A DNA stretch of 64,000 nt from Nanobdellati archaeon. GTDB lineage: Archaea > Nanobdellota > Nanobdellia > UBA10117. The notes beneath the pieces were generated by a model, which was not told where the DNA came from, did no database searches, and was given only the letters and a program-made list of their open reading frames with translations. The position numbers and the translations under genes were made by a program. Where the stretch lies: assembly GCA_016182015.1 (NCBI GenBank), contig JACOYC010000012.1, forward strand, positions 29,623 through 93,622, read 5' to 3'. The first letter of the stretch is position 1. Each line of letters starts with the position of its first letter. Below are positions 46,940 to 57,515 of the stretch, one piece after another.

Positions 46940-49105
46940 TTGCTAAACCCAATTCATCCGAGAAACAGGAGGCAGAGGAATTTAGAGCGCTTGCAGGCAT
47001 ACGTATCAGGTGCGCTTGCCAGCGGAGTTTCAAAAGGCCGGCTGAAGAAAAGGCTGCTCCAGAGCGGGTGGGGAAGTGATGTTGTTTCAGGCGTTTTGCC
47101 GGATACAAAGCCGAGCTTGCCTGCGGTTATTGCCTTGATAGGGCTTGTCGTATTTTTTACAGGGTTAGCAGTATTTGCCGGCGGGCCAAAACTAACTGGG
47201 TTTTTTGCAGCCGGCGGGAGCGAGTGGGAAGCGCTAACAGAAATTAATGTAAATTCCAGTGTTCAGTCAGTACAGCATCTCGTAGTTTTTGGCAATTTCA
47301 AGCCGCAAAATTGCGCGGATGGCATACTTGTCCAAACTAGCGGCGCACCGATAAATTTCACAACGCAGTTTGAAACCGTGCAGAATAGCCAGTGCGTGAG
47401 CGCTGTAGCGAGTTTTAATAATATAATTTATGATCCAGATTCTAACGGAACGTTACAAGCAACATATAAAATTTATTACGGCAAAATTGTGCAGACTGTG
47501 ACATTTATTCCGCCTACGCCGGAAAATTATCAGATAGTAAATGGCAGCGCCTTTGCAGTCCGCGTGGCGCTAAGCCTGCCAGCAGTCGCGTGGCTCGAGC
47601 TTGATGGCGTAAATAAATCTATGACTGGCAATGGTACTGTGTGGTGGTCTGAGGAGAATCAGACCTTTGGCAACCATACGTTTATGGCACATACACAGCT
47701 TGCCAGCTCTGAGCAAAGGAGCATAACCACGCAGGCATCTGCTCCGGTTCCGGTTCAAGTGCAGTCACCCCCGCCAATTATTAATATAACTCTGGTTACG
47801 CCCACGCCGGCAAACCAATCTACACTGACAAAAAAAGAATTTACAGCTAATGTAACTTTCTCAGATATAGTTTACGGGCCAATGCTAGAACTAATATCTA
47901 ACAGGACCGGTGTGCCACAGTACCAGAATCTTTCGATGACTGGCGGCAATAAATCATGGATGCGCGATGTTACAAACCTGAACAACGGAGTTTATGAATT
48001 TGCAATTTATGCAAATAACACAAAAAGCGAGCCGCGTACAGTCACTGTAAATTATCAGGAGCCGCTGGCACAGCAGACCAAAAGTGCGACAATAACACAG
48101 TTCTCCGCAACAAGCCCAGAGTCGGCAGAGTCAGAAGTCCAGATAACTGCGGTCGTGAAAAATTCCGGGCAGGCAGAGATAAAAACAGTTTCAGGGACAG
48201 CAAGCATTTACAAGGGGACAGAACTTATGGCGGAGGTTTCCCTTGGCTCAGCAGGCAATATAACAATCGGAAATTCAGCGACACTGGCTGGAAAATGGAA
48301 GCCGCAGACCCTTGGAAAATACAAAGCAACTGTTGTTATAAAGTATGATAACGAGGAAGCCAAAGAAGCAGCTTCATTCAGCGTTGGCCTGGCCAATTTG
48401 GAAGCCGCACGGACATCAGTGTTCCAGACGCCCGACGGCAAGGCGGAATTTTTGGTAGAGTTAAACAATAAATGGGTTGAAGCGATACCCGTAGTCGCAG
48501 AATTCAAGATTAAATTTGGAGGCGCGGTAATCGAGACACTGAAATCAGAAGAAATTTCTGTGCCGCCTAACGGCGCCAAGGCAGCGTCTGTTGTCTGGGA
48601 CCCGGCTGGCAGGGATGTCAAGTCGCTTGGCGCAGAAATAACAGTAACATATTCTGGCAAGTCTATTACTGCAGTTATTGAGCCGGCAGCAAAGCCGCCT
48701 GCTGTCCAGCAAGAGGTCAAAGCTGAGGCAGAACAAGGACAGAAGCAGCAGGAGGAGTTAAAAGCAAACAGCGAACAGGAAAAAGCAACTTCCGGCCTGA
48801 CTGGCGCGTTCACCGCGATTAAAGCAGCAGACAAGAAGACTGCGGCGGTTGCGATTGCAGTGATTGCCGGCCTGTTTGGGGCGATTTTTTACGCAGTCAG
48901 GATGGATTTACTGCCTCAACTTGGAAAGCCAAAGAAACCAGCAGGGCCATGGCAGCAAGCTGCAAAGACTGGTGGCCAGCAGGCCGCTGCACAGCCGGGC
49001 AGCAAGGCTGCGTTATACAAGCAGTGGCACGATTATTACGAAGCCTATTACAAAAAATATTACCCGCAGTGGTACGAATATTTAAAGAGGAGCGGGAAGT
49101 TATAA
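46940..49105 (+). CDS. Large cell-surface protein with N- and C-terminal TM anchors and Tyr-rich cytoplasmic tail
   Basis: 721 aa; TM near aa 60 and near the C-terminus; beta-rich repeats (CARDB/Ig-like); tail KQWHDYYEAYYKKYYPQWYEY. Confidence 0.5.
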   Translation: MLNPIHPRNRRQRNLERLQAYVSGALASGVSKGRLKKRLLQSGWGSDVVSGVLPDTKPSLPAVIALIGLVVFFTGLAVFAGGPKLTGFFAAGGSEWEALTEINVNSSVQSVQHLVVFGNFKPQNCADGILVQTSGAPINFTTQFETVQNSQCVSAVASFNNIIYDPDSNGTLQATYKIYYGKIVQTVTFIPPTPENYQIVNGSAFAVRVALSLPAVAWLELDGVNKSMTGNGTVWWSEENQTFGNHTFMAHTQLASSEQRSITTQASAPVPVQVQSPPPIINITLVTPTPANQSTLTKKEFTANVTFSDIVYGPMLELISNRTGVPQYQNLSMTGGNKSWMRDVTNLNNGVYEFAIYANNTKSEPRTVTVNYQEPLAQQTKSATITQFSATSPESAESEVQITAVVKNSGQAEIKTVSGTASIYKGTELMAEVSLGSAGNITIGNSATLAGKWKPQTLGKYKATVVIKYDNEEAKEAASFSVGLANLEAARTSVFQTPDGKAEFLVELNNKWVEAIPVVAEFKIKFGGAVIETLKSEEISVPPNGAKAASVVWDPAGRDVKSLGAEITVTYSGKSITAVIEPAAKPPAVQQEVKAEAEQGQKQQEELKANSEQEKATSGLTGAFTAIKAADKKTAAVAIAVIAGLFGAIFYAVRMDLLPQLGKPKKPAGPWQQAAKTGGQQAAAQPGSKAALYKQWHDYYEAYYKKYYPQWYEYLKRSGKL

Positions 49106-49110
49106 TATTA

Positions 49111-50439
49111 CTAAATTAAACCGAGTTGTTTAAGTTCTCCGCGGATTGCCGTAGGATCTTCCCCGCCATGCCAGCTGTACTTTGGCCTGACTTGCATCGG
49201 GTAGATTTTTTCCAGCTTGTCGTCTATCAGGACTGCTGAGCCTTTGTCTGCAGGCAAGTCGTCTATGTAGCGCTGGATGTCAAAAGTAAGATAGGTGGCT
49301 GCAATTTCGTTTAACGCTGATAAGTCTATTTTTGAAGTGACTTTATGTGAGAGCACGATGTCGGCCTGCGTCATCACGTCAGTGTGAATTTTGCCAGGCT
49401 GCTGAGTTGCAAGCACGAGTGAGATTCCGGGTTGCCTGCCTTCGCGCAAAATCTGAATCAGCGCGTTAGACGCCAGGGTTTTTCCGGTTCGCGGTAGGAA
49501 TTCATGCGCTTCATCAATCATCATCCATACAAGCGGCGCTTCCTTTTCAGCGATTACAGATTTTTCTCCAAACAAAAAACCACCCTCGGAAATCAGTTTT
49601 ACTTCCTCTGCCTTTCGTGCGGCCATGCGCTGCGCGAGGATTTTCTTGCTGACTAAACCAATTACAAGCGCCTTCAGCCGCTCGCCATTTTCAACCTGCG
49701 CGTATGCCGAAAGGTCGAGAATTGTTGTTGTGCCGCTTTTTAACAAATCTAAAATTTCTGTGCCAGCCGCTTTGAATATACCCCAGCCGTCTGCGGCTAA
49801 AAACTTGTTTTTTAGAATCTGCTTCTCTTTTTTTTCTGCATCTTTGTCTGTTTCTAAAACGTTAATTAGTTCGCCAATTTCGAAAGTTCCCAGGTTTTCT
49901 TTAGCCTTTGTTACCGTGCGTTCAAGTAATACGCCAGCATCAGATAATAAATCAATTCCAAAAATTTCCGCCCAGTCGTCAGCAGATATTTCTGATGGCC
50001 TGATGGCAAAAGGCAGGTCGCACGGCACGCCTTTTTCTTGGTAAGAATCGAACAGGCCAAACGGAACAAAAATCACTGGGCTCAGGCCTTTGGGAGTCAA
50101 GCCCCATTCTTTTAGGATTTTGTCGTCTTTGTAATTTGGGTATTTCATCGTCCAGAAAATCCCCATCGTGTCAAAAATCAGGAATGATAAATTATTTTTT
50201 ATTTCGTCCGGCAAATCTGCAAGGCCTTCAGCAATTACGGAAATTGTGTAGCTTTTTCCTGTCCCGCGCTTGCCGCTTACTAATATAATATGCGGGCCAG
50301 CCACATCAAGATAAACGGGATTTGACAGCGCCTGAATCCGCTCCATCTGCACATAGTGCTTGCCAAGGAAGATTGTTCCTGCTAAACCTAAACGTTCTTT
50401 CTCCTTCGGGGACCTGCCCGCGATTATTTCGTATGCCAT
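49111..50439 (-). CDS. HerA/FtsK-like P-loop ATPase (DUF87/COG0433)
   Basis: Walker A GKRGTGKSYT, Walker B MMIDEAHEF; 442 aa. Confidence 0.7.
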   Translation of the reverse strand: MAYEIIAGRSPKEKERLGLAGTIFLGKHYVQMERIQALSNPVYLDVAGPHIILVSGKRGTGKSYTISVIAEGLADLPDEIKNNLSFLIFDTMGIFWTMKYPNYKDDKILKEWGLTPKGLSPVIFVPFGLFDSYQEKGVPCDLPFAIRPSEISADDWAEIFGIDLLSDAGVLLERTVTKAKENLGTFEIGELINVLETDKDAEKKEKQILKNKFLAADGWGIFKAAGTEILDLLKSGTTTILDLSAYAQVENGERLKALVIGLVSKKILAQRMAARKAEEVKLISEGGFLFGEKSVIAEKEAPLVWMMIDEAHEFLPRTGKTLASNALIQILREGRQPGISLVLATQQPGKIHTDVMTQADIVLSHKVTSKIDLSALNEIAATYLTFDIQRYIDDLPADKGSAVLIDDKLEKIYPMQVRPKYSWHGGEDPTAIRGELKQLGLI

Positions 50440-50535
50440 CGGTGACCGTGATTAGATTTAAAAGCTGAGAATAAAAGCTTTGTCTGTGCCGATAGCCCAA
50501 AAGCTGCGCTTTTGTGGAATCGTCACGCTCCGCGT

Positions 50536-50719
50536 GCCGACGTCGCTTAACCCGGTATAGCGCTGGTCTCGAAAACCAGTCCCGCAAGGGATTGCAGGTT
50601 CAAATCTAAGATCCAAGGGGGCGCTGCCCCCTTAGTTCTTAGTCACTTCTGATCCCCCGGTCGCATCGCTACGCGATGCAACTAAGGATTAGCAGTGAAG
50701 GAAAATCCTGCCGTCGGCG
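50536..50719 (+). tRNA. tRNA-Ser (anticodon CGA) with about 101-nt intron at non-canonical T-loop position 60/61
   Basis: Acceptor GCCGACG/CGTCGGC, discriminator G, D-arm GCT-TAACCCGGTAT-AGC, anticodon stem CTGGT/ACCAG with loop CTCGAAA, long variable arm TCCCGCAAGGGA, T-stem GCAGG and T-loop TTCAAAT, then an insert before CCTGC. Confidence 0.75.
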
Positions 50720-50814
50720 CTCAATTTTTTCATAATATAGAAATAAGGATTTTTTGATTTCAACCACAAACTATTTAAATGCCCGCAAGTATGTTTAACT
50801 TGAGGTAAATTAAA

Positions 50815-51285
50815 ATGGCCGCATGGTTAAGTGAAAAATCAGTAACAGTGTTAGCTGTATTAGTCGCCCTGGTAGCTGTAGGAGCACCTTTGCTTACAGG
50901 GAATACGGGAAGGTTGGCAATAGCTACGGGTACCAGTTCTCTGCCATTTGACTTTTCTGTAACAAATGTAAATGTGCCTGAGCCACAGTACTCGTATTAC
51001 CCTGTCAGGGGCATTACTGCTACTTTCAGGAATACCGGGCCAATAAGCTTTGGCTTTGTAAATTACAAGATGGAAATATCCAGTTCCAAGGGCCATTATT
51101 ACAGAGACGGTGTTGGAACTGTCACGCTGCCTGCCCGCGGTTCGGCGTCAGCAGAGATGCCAGCGGTGCATGACTTGCCAGCCGGCGAGTATAATGTCAA
51201 GGTCACAATAGATTACCTTGGCGAGCACAGCGAGACAGATGAATCAAATAACGCGTTCACAACAAAGCTCGTGATAAAAGGCTGA
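50815..51285 (+). CDS. Secreted single-domain CARDB-like beta-sandwich protein (paralog family)
   Basis: Signal peptide; C-terminal motif EHSETDESNNAF shared across the family. Confidence 0.6.
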   Translation: MAAWLSEKSVTVLAVLVALVAVGAPLLTGNTGRLAIATGTSSLPFDFSVTNVNVPEPQYSYYPVRGITATFRNTGPISFGFVNYKMEISSSKGHYYRDGVGTVTLPARGSASAEMPAVHDLPAGEYNVKVTIDYLGEHSETDESNNAFTTKLVIKG

Positions 51286-51354
51286 TTTTTTCCATTTTTT
51301 GTTTTTTTAAGTCCGATAGAAAGCCCCAGATAGTTTTATAAACAAGTATTTCAA

Positions 51355-51828
51355 GTGCTGAATGTAATGGCCACATACGAGAAATATATTGCAGCCTTAG
51401 CGGCAGTATTTTTGCTGGCCAACATCAGCCATAATTTTTTGGCCGCAGGCAGCGCAACAGTAAAAACGCCGGTTGATTTTTCTATTCAGGCGTTGTATTA
51501 CCCGAAAATAATGCTGCCGAACACGCATATCACTACGAGGGCAATTTTATCTAACAAGGGCACGCAGTCCGCTTCTTTTGTAACGTATGATTACCGTATT
51601 TTTGACGAGCGCGGCGCGGAAGTATACAGGAGTTCCGATGGGTCATACATACAGGTTTTGCCGGCGAGCACGGAGGTTTCAAGATATCTGAGCACGGTGA
51701 TGTTTCAGAAGGCTGGCAAGTACAGAGTTCGCGTGACTATTGATTCTGAAAAGCGGTTTGATGAGACAGATGAGACTAATAATATATATGAAACAACAAT
51801 AACAGTTACAGATTCTTTGCCGAAGTGA
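51355..51828 (+). CDS. Secreted CARDB-like protein (paralog)
   Basis: MATYEKYIAALAAVFLL...; FDETDETNNIYETTITV. Confidence 0.6.
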   Translation: MLNVMATYEKYIAALAAVFLLANISHNFLAAGSATVKTPVDFSIQALYYPKIMLPNTHITTRAILSNKGTQSASFVTYDYRIFDERGAEVYRSSDGSYIQVLPASTEVSRYLSTVMFQKAGKYRVRVTIDSEKRFDETDETNNIYETTITVTDSLPK

Positions 51829-54800
51829 TAGAAATGGAAAAACATAAAAAAACCAAAATAGCCGCTTTGTTTCTGATAGTTCCGATAATTTTCCTCTGGC
51901 CGCTGTCCATTGCAACGTTACAAGAGTCAGATCTATCTTTTTTTGCGAAGGGCAAGGATGATTCTGGTGTAGGTTCATCCTCGTCCGGGTCCTCTGGACC
52001 GTCAGCACCATCTTCCCCAGCCATAGCTTCTGAGCCATCAGCACCGGCCTCGCCGTTAGAATCAGCATCTTCTGATACCAGTGAGGCAGAAAGCAGTTCC
52101 GCATCCTCGGGGCAGGCAGAATCTTCAGGCGGGAAGGCAGGCAAGGAAAAATCAGAATCTGGCGGTGAAGCGCAGTTAACACCTTCCGAGGAAAAAACAG
52201 AAGCCAAGGAAGAAAAAGTTAAAGAGGAAAAAGTAAAAGAGACCAAGGAAGAATCAGCAGAAGCAAAGGAGGAGAAAAAATCCGAAGCGCGCGAGAGCGC
52301 AGTCATGGGGCCGGCCGCAAATGAAATTGCAACTGTCAACGAAGTTGCTGCCGAAGTTGTGGCGACAGACCCCGGTGTTACACCTGACTCTCCAGTTTAC
52401 AAATTAGAAATAGCTGCAGAACAGATACAGGACTCTGCAGTGAATAATCCTGAAAAGAAGGCGGAAGTAGCCGCCGAACGCGCAGAGGAGCGGCTGGCCG
52501 AAGCAAAAGCAGTTGAGGAAAAAGGAGACTACAAATCAACAGGGGTTGCGCTGGAAAAAGCGCAGGAGAGCGTAGAGGCAATCTCGCGGGCCGTGGATGC
52601 AGTTCCAAAGAGCGAGGAAAAAATTGAGGCTGCAAATAAAATAGAAAAACACGCGCTTCAGCTCGAGGACTATGCTGAGAGCGTAAAAGATAAGCTAGAG
52701 GAAAAAGTAAAATCCGGCGATGCGCCGCCCGAAGCGGTTGATGCTTTGGACAGTGTAAAAGAGCTTGAGGCCGCAGCAGTCGAGGCGCAATACAGAGCCG
52801 AAAAAACAAAAGATAAAATTGCAGACAAAATAAGGGAAGAGCAGGGCGTTACAAAACAGGAGGCAGAGCTGATCGTCGAGCAGAAATCCGATGAGTCCGG
52901 GCTTACAGAACTGCAAAAGGAAAAAGTTGCGGATGATTTTGAAAAAATCCGCGAGAAAATAGAAAAACTTGACGAGCGCGCGGGCGCAGTTGAGGAAGCC
53001 AAAAATGAGAAGCCTGCCGAAAAAACAAAGGAAGCGATTTCTGATAATTTTGATGATTTGAAAACTGTGCTGAAGGATACAAAAGACTCGCTGAAGGATG
53101 TTGCTGAGGAGCGCATCCCTGAAATCGAGCAGCAGTTTGCGGAAATAGATTCGAAAGTAAAGAGTGCTGAGGAAAAGAGCAGCAAGGATGCTGGCGAGAA
53201 GCCTGCTGAAGAGGTTAGCGCTCAGCTGGCCAGCGATTTCTCCGAGATGAAAAATAAAGTTGGCATAGCAGAGGAAGAAATAACAAAAGCTGCAGATGCA
53301 GAAATTTCAGTGCAGTTTGGCGAAGTTAACGATAAAATAGAAAAAGCAGAAAAGAAGGCGAAAGAGACTGCAGAGGAAGATGAGAAGGCGCAGATAGAGC
53401 AACAGTTTTCAAAATTAAAAGACGAAGTCGATAAAGCCGAGAAAAAAATCAAAGGTAAAGAAACGGCCCTGCAGGAAGAAGCAGCGATAGCTGTTGAAAC
53501 AAATTTTAATGAGATTAACAATAAAATTGAGACTGTAGAGGCCAACGTTGAAGAAATAAAATCTGCAGACGCTGAGGTTGCATCTGAATTTGCAGGCCTT
53601 AAAGACGCGGTTGAGCAGGCCGAAGGTGCAGTTGCTGAAGCGGCCAAGCCGGAAGACAGGGGCAAGGTTGCATCTGAATTTGAAAAAATAAAAAAAGAAG
53701 TTGAAGATGCCGAGAAAAAAACTGGCGAGGCAGCCGGAGAAAAAACATCTGAGGAAATAAAATCTGAAATCGCAAAAGAGTTCGATGATGTAAGCAAAAA
53801 GATAGATGAAGCAGAGCACAGCATAAAAGCGGCCAAGTCGGCATAAAAGCGGCCAAGCCGGCAACGGCTGAAATTGCAAAGGAATTTGACGAGCTGAAAG
53901 GCAAGGCTGATAAGGCTGAGGAAAAAGTAAAAACCGAGAAAGCGGCAGACGTAGAGCTTAAAAAAGAATTCGAAGAGCTGGTGATAAAGTCATCAGAAGC
54001 TGAAGAAAAAATAAATGAAAAAAAATTAGAAAAGGCGGAAATTAAAAATAATTTTGATAAAGCTAAGGATGAAATAATTAATATTGAACGCAGTGTCCAG
54101 GCTGAACTTGTACCGGAAACTGTGGCTGTGCCGGAGGTTCCGGATGTTGTTGCTGACCTAATCGAGGAAGCAAAAACGCAGCTGCAGGTATCAGAAAGTG
54201 CTTTTGAAACCAAGCAGGCAGGCAAGGCCTACAAAGAGCTCAAGGGCGCAGAATTTATGGCAAACAGCGCAGAAAAAGTTTTGGATTCGTTGTCCGGTGA
54301 TTTTGAAATAAAGGAAAAAGCAGAGAAGATAGAAAAGTCCGCGGAGAAAGCCGACAGGGATGCGGAAAAAGAGGTGAAGGAGCGCGTTGATGATATAAAA
54401 GAGAAACTTAGCAAGGCCGAGGAAAAGGCGGTAGAAGTGGCAGAGCCGAAAGACAAGGCAGACCTAGCCAAGGAATTTAAAGAAACAAGGGACAGGCTTG
54501 ACGGAGCCGAGAAAAAAATCAAAGATGATGTCCGCAACAAGCCGGCCGAAGAGGCTGGCCCAGAAGTCGCGGCCGAGCTTGCAGATGTAAAAGATAAAAT
54601 TGACAAAGTGGAAGAAAAAGCCAGAGAAAAAATCAAAGGCAAGGAAATTGATGACGTAGTGCAGGAGCTGGCCAGCGCAAAAGACAAGGCAGACAAGGCG
54701 GAAGACAAGATAATAGAAAAGGCGGCCAGAGCTGAAGAAAATAAGGACAAGGTTGACAAGGCGTTTAAAGAAATTGAGACGCCGCTGTCTGTGACTGACG

Positions 54801-56476
54801 TTTTGAACGAGCTTAGCAAGGTAAAAAGAGACGCTGACGAAGACAAGGCCAAGAGAATAAAAGACGCAGAGGATTTTTCAGTTGATTATGAAGCTGCAAA
54901 GGAAAAGCTGGACAAAGAACATCCGGGCAAAAAAGATGCCTTTGAGAAAGAGTACGCGCAGTCCAAGAAAGTCCTTGAGATAAATGAGAAGCTTGATGCG
55001 GATAATGCAAAAGAACTGAAGGAGCTGCGGGAAGACCTGAAGGCAGAGACAAAGGACGAAGCAAAAGCAGAGAAAGAGGCAGAAAAGCTGCTTAAGAAAA
55101 GCGCTGCAGATGAGTTCCGCAAGGCATACGGCGAAGAGTTTTTGCCGCCAGGCATCAGCCTGAAACACGAGGGCGACAAGGAAAATGGCAAGCTGGATGA
55201 AAAGTTCGAAGCAAAAGAGGCAGGCCATGTTAAAGGGTACAAATACAAGGATGATGCTGCTACCGGCTATGAATATGAGTTTACTTCTGACGGATATAAA
55301 TTCAAGACGCCGCGCGGCAATGAATATGAAGTGAAGTACGACTCGGATTTTGTGCCGCCAGATGGATATGAAACCGGAAATGAAATGCATAAGTTCAAAG
55401 CCAAAACCCTGAAGGGCAAGGCAGAATATATATTTGTGCCGACTGGATACAAGGTAAAAACAAAAAGCAAGGAAAAGGCAGGCGCCTACGATGTTGGTGA
55501 ATATGAAGTGAACGGCGGCGGCAAGATAAAAATAAGGCCGACTGGTTACTCACTTGAGAAAGACGGAAAAGTGAAAGCAGAAAAAGAGAAGGCAGTAAAG
55601 GAAAAGAAGGAGAAAGTAAAGAGCGAGAAGAAAGAGAAAGATGAGAAAGCGAAGGAGGAGCGCGTAGCAAAGGAGAAGAAAATTAAACTAGAGAAGGAAG
55701 CCAAAATTAAGGCGGTAAAAGAAAAATCAGAAACTGCAAAAGAAAAGAAAGAGCGCGAAGTGAAGGAGAAAAAAGTAAAAGGAGAAAATGAAAAGAGGGA
55801 TAAGAAGCTAAAAGAGGAAAAAATAAAGAAAGAGAAGGAAGATAAAGACAAGAAAGAAAAAGAAGTGAAAGAAAAGAAGGCCAAGAAAGAAAAAGAAGAA
55901 AAAAAGGTGAAGGAAGAAAAGATAGTCAAGTACAAATATAATCCAAAATCAAAGAAATATGTTTCGGCAGGCGGGCGCGTGTTTGTGCCGCCGCAGGGGG
56001 CAAGCCTGCATGAGCAAGCCAAGTACCTGCCAGATAAAAACGTATATGAACTTAAGGTAAACGGCGATGTTTGGACTTACGATCCTGTTACAGATGCATG
56101 GACATCGAAAAGCGGCGAGGCTGATCAGGACGTTACGCCGGCGATTTTAGTTGATTTCGGAGTTGACGATGTTAGCAGGCCGGGCGTGACTTCGCCGCAG
56201 GCCGCGACAGCTTCTGTTAAGAACATTGGCACTGCCACAGCTACAGCAGTACATTACAAGTACGAAATAGTCGCAGCTAACGGCGCAGTAAAGTATTCAA
56301 CAACCGGCGATATAACTGCGGTGCCATCTGACAGCTCAGTGCTTGTAAGGACTGCAACAGATTCTGGACTAAGCCCCGGGGCATACAAGCTTAAGTTCAC
56401 AGTGGACTCTGACGGCAAGTTTGACGAAGGCGACGAAAACGATAACGTCTTTGAGAAGGAGCTGATTGTGGCCTAA
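51825..56476 (+). pseudogene. Giant E/K-rich coiled-coil surface protein (about 1540 aa if repaired) with C-terminal CARDB-like domain; interrupted by 20-bp tandem duplication at 53822-53861
   Basis: ORFs 51825-53846 and 53981-56476 are in different frames. Removing one 20-nt repeat copy restores a continuous frame with matching repeat style (EIAKEFDELKGKADKAEEKV). N-terminal TM, S/P/A-rich linker, then EK repeats, and the tail ends FDEGDENDNVFEKELIVA. Confidence 0.7.
53822..53861. repeat. 20-bp tandem direct duplication cataaaagcggccaag(t/c)cgg x2
   Basis: Two adjacent copies with one mismatch; 20 nt is not a multiple of 3, so the duplication shifts the frame. Confidence 0.85.
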
Positions 56477-56512
56477 GAAAAGGTTAAATAGTGCGCAGCG
56501 GTAGTTGGTTAA

Positions 56513-56930
56513 TTGAAAATGGCCACATACGAAAAAATATCGGCAGTGCTGGCAATATTTTTAGTAATAGGAATTGCCGGCTACTCATTTTACGGCAACT
56601 CAACGCAGGGCGCGGCCGCAGCAGGCTATTACGAGTTTTCCATCAAAAGTCTTGACTTCCCGGAGAAGATAACTAAGGATAATCCGTTCAAGGCGAACGC
56701 GACCTTTGTGAATTCCGGCACGCTGACCGCCTCGTTTGTTGCATACGACTATGAAATTTTTGATTCCCGCGGGGCGTATGCATACCGCAGCAGAATTGCA
56801 GAAGCTGCAGCCAGCAGTCTACTTAACAAATGGCACTTACTTTGTCAGGCTGACATTAGATTCAGAAAATCATTTTAGCGAGGATAATAAATCAGATAAT
56901 AAAATTGTGACAAACATACGAGTATACTAG
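56513..56930 (+). pseudogene. CARDB-like paralog disrupted by frameshift/deletion
   Basis: N-terminus MKMATYEKISAVLAIFLVIGIAG matches the family; the C-terminal family motif (TYFVRLTLDSENHFSEDNKSDN) lies in another frame (ORF 56736-56930). Confidence 0.65.
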
Positions 56931-56950
56931 GAGTATACTGGCAGTATACT
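56921..56950. promoter_or_regulatory. Three copies of palindromic AGTATACT at 11-bp phasing
   Basis: Copies at 56921, 56932 and 56943. Confidence 0.4.
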
Positions 56951-57071
56951 TGAGATGATACGAATTGTTTAGCTGTGCGCTTTCTAAAGAGTAAAAAGCT
57001 TTTTAAATAACACAATTCATGTTAAACATAACGCGGAACAAGTTCCGCGGATTTGCTCACGGAGTTCGCAA

Positions 57072-57515
57072 ATGGCCACAAATGAAGGTTTAGTTACAAT
57101 TATAGCCGTGCTTGCAGTCCTTGTGTCTGTCGGGCTTGGTTCTGTTTCTGAAGGCGTGTCGGGGAGCGCGGTTGCAGATATTTCAGAGCTCTCTGTTAAA
57201 TCTATTTCTATTCAGCCGCAGGCATATGCCGGCCAGACGATACGCGGGACAGCAATTTTTTCCAACACCGGAGGTTTGAGCGCGAGCTTTGTCCAATACA
57301 AATACGAATGGATAAATGAATATGGGAATGCACTTTTTACAACAAGCGATAAACTCGCGTTGATTGCAGGCCGCGATACCGATGTTACTCTGAAGGATGT
57401 TGAAGGCCTGCCGGCAGGCAAGTATGCAGTCCGCATCACAGTTGACCATCTGAAGGAATTTTCTGAACTTGATGAAACTAATAATGTTTATGAAACAAGT
57501 GTGACGGTATTATGA
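57072..57515 (+). CDS. Secreted CARDB-like protein (paralog)
   Basis: Signal peptide; FSELDETNNVYETSVTVL. Confidence 0.6.
   Translation: MATNEGLVTIIAVLAVLVSVGLGSVSEGVSGSAVADISELSVKSISIQPQAYAGQTIRGTAIFSNTGGLSASFVQYKYEWINEYGNALFTTSDKLALIAGRDTDVTLKDVEGLPAGKYAVRITVDHLKEFSELDETNNVYETSVTVL

Noticed and set aside
49111-50439. HerA-like ATPase as part of a defence module (for example a HerA-Sir2 or HerA-DUF pair)
   Set aside because: No partner gene is on either side. The neighbours are a surface protein and a tRNA, so a standalone COG0433 ATPase is the conservative call.
50440-50810. A 370-bp highly structured intergenic region, considered as SRP RNA or RNase P RNA
   Set aside because: No universal RNase P (CR-I/CR-IV/CR-V) or SRP helix-8 motifs were seen. 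The structure is fully explained by a tRNA-Ser with a long hairpin-rich intron.
52378-55670. Many minus-strand Ser/Phe/Ala-rich ORFs (for example 53222-53836, 54229-54852, 55546-56022)
   Set aside because: These are antisense translations of the GAA/AAG-rich repeats of the giant E/K-rich gene and are not independent genes.
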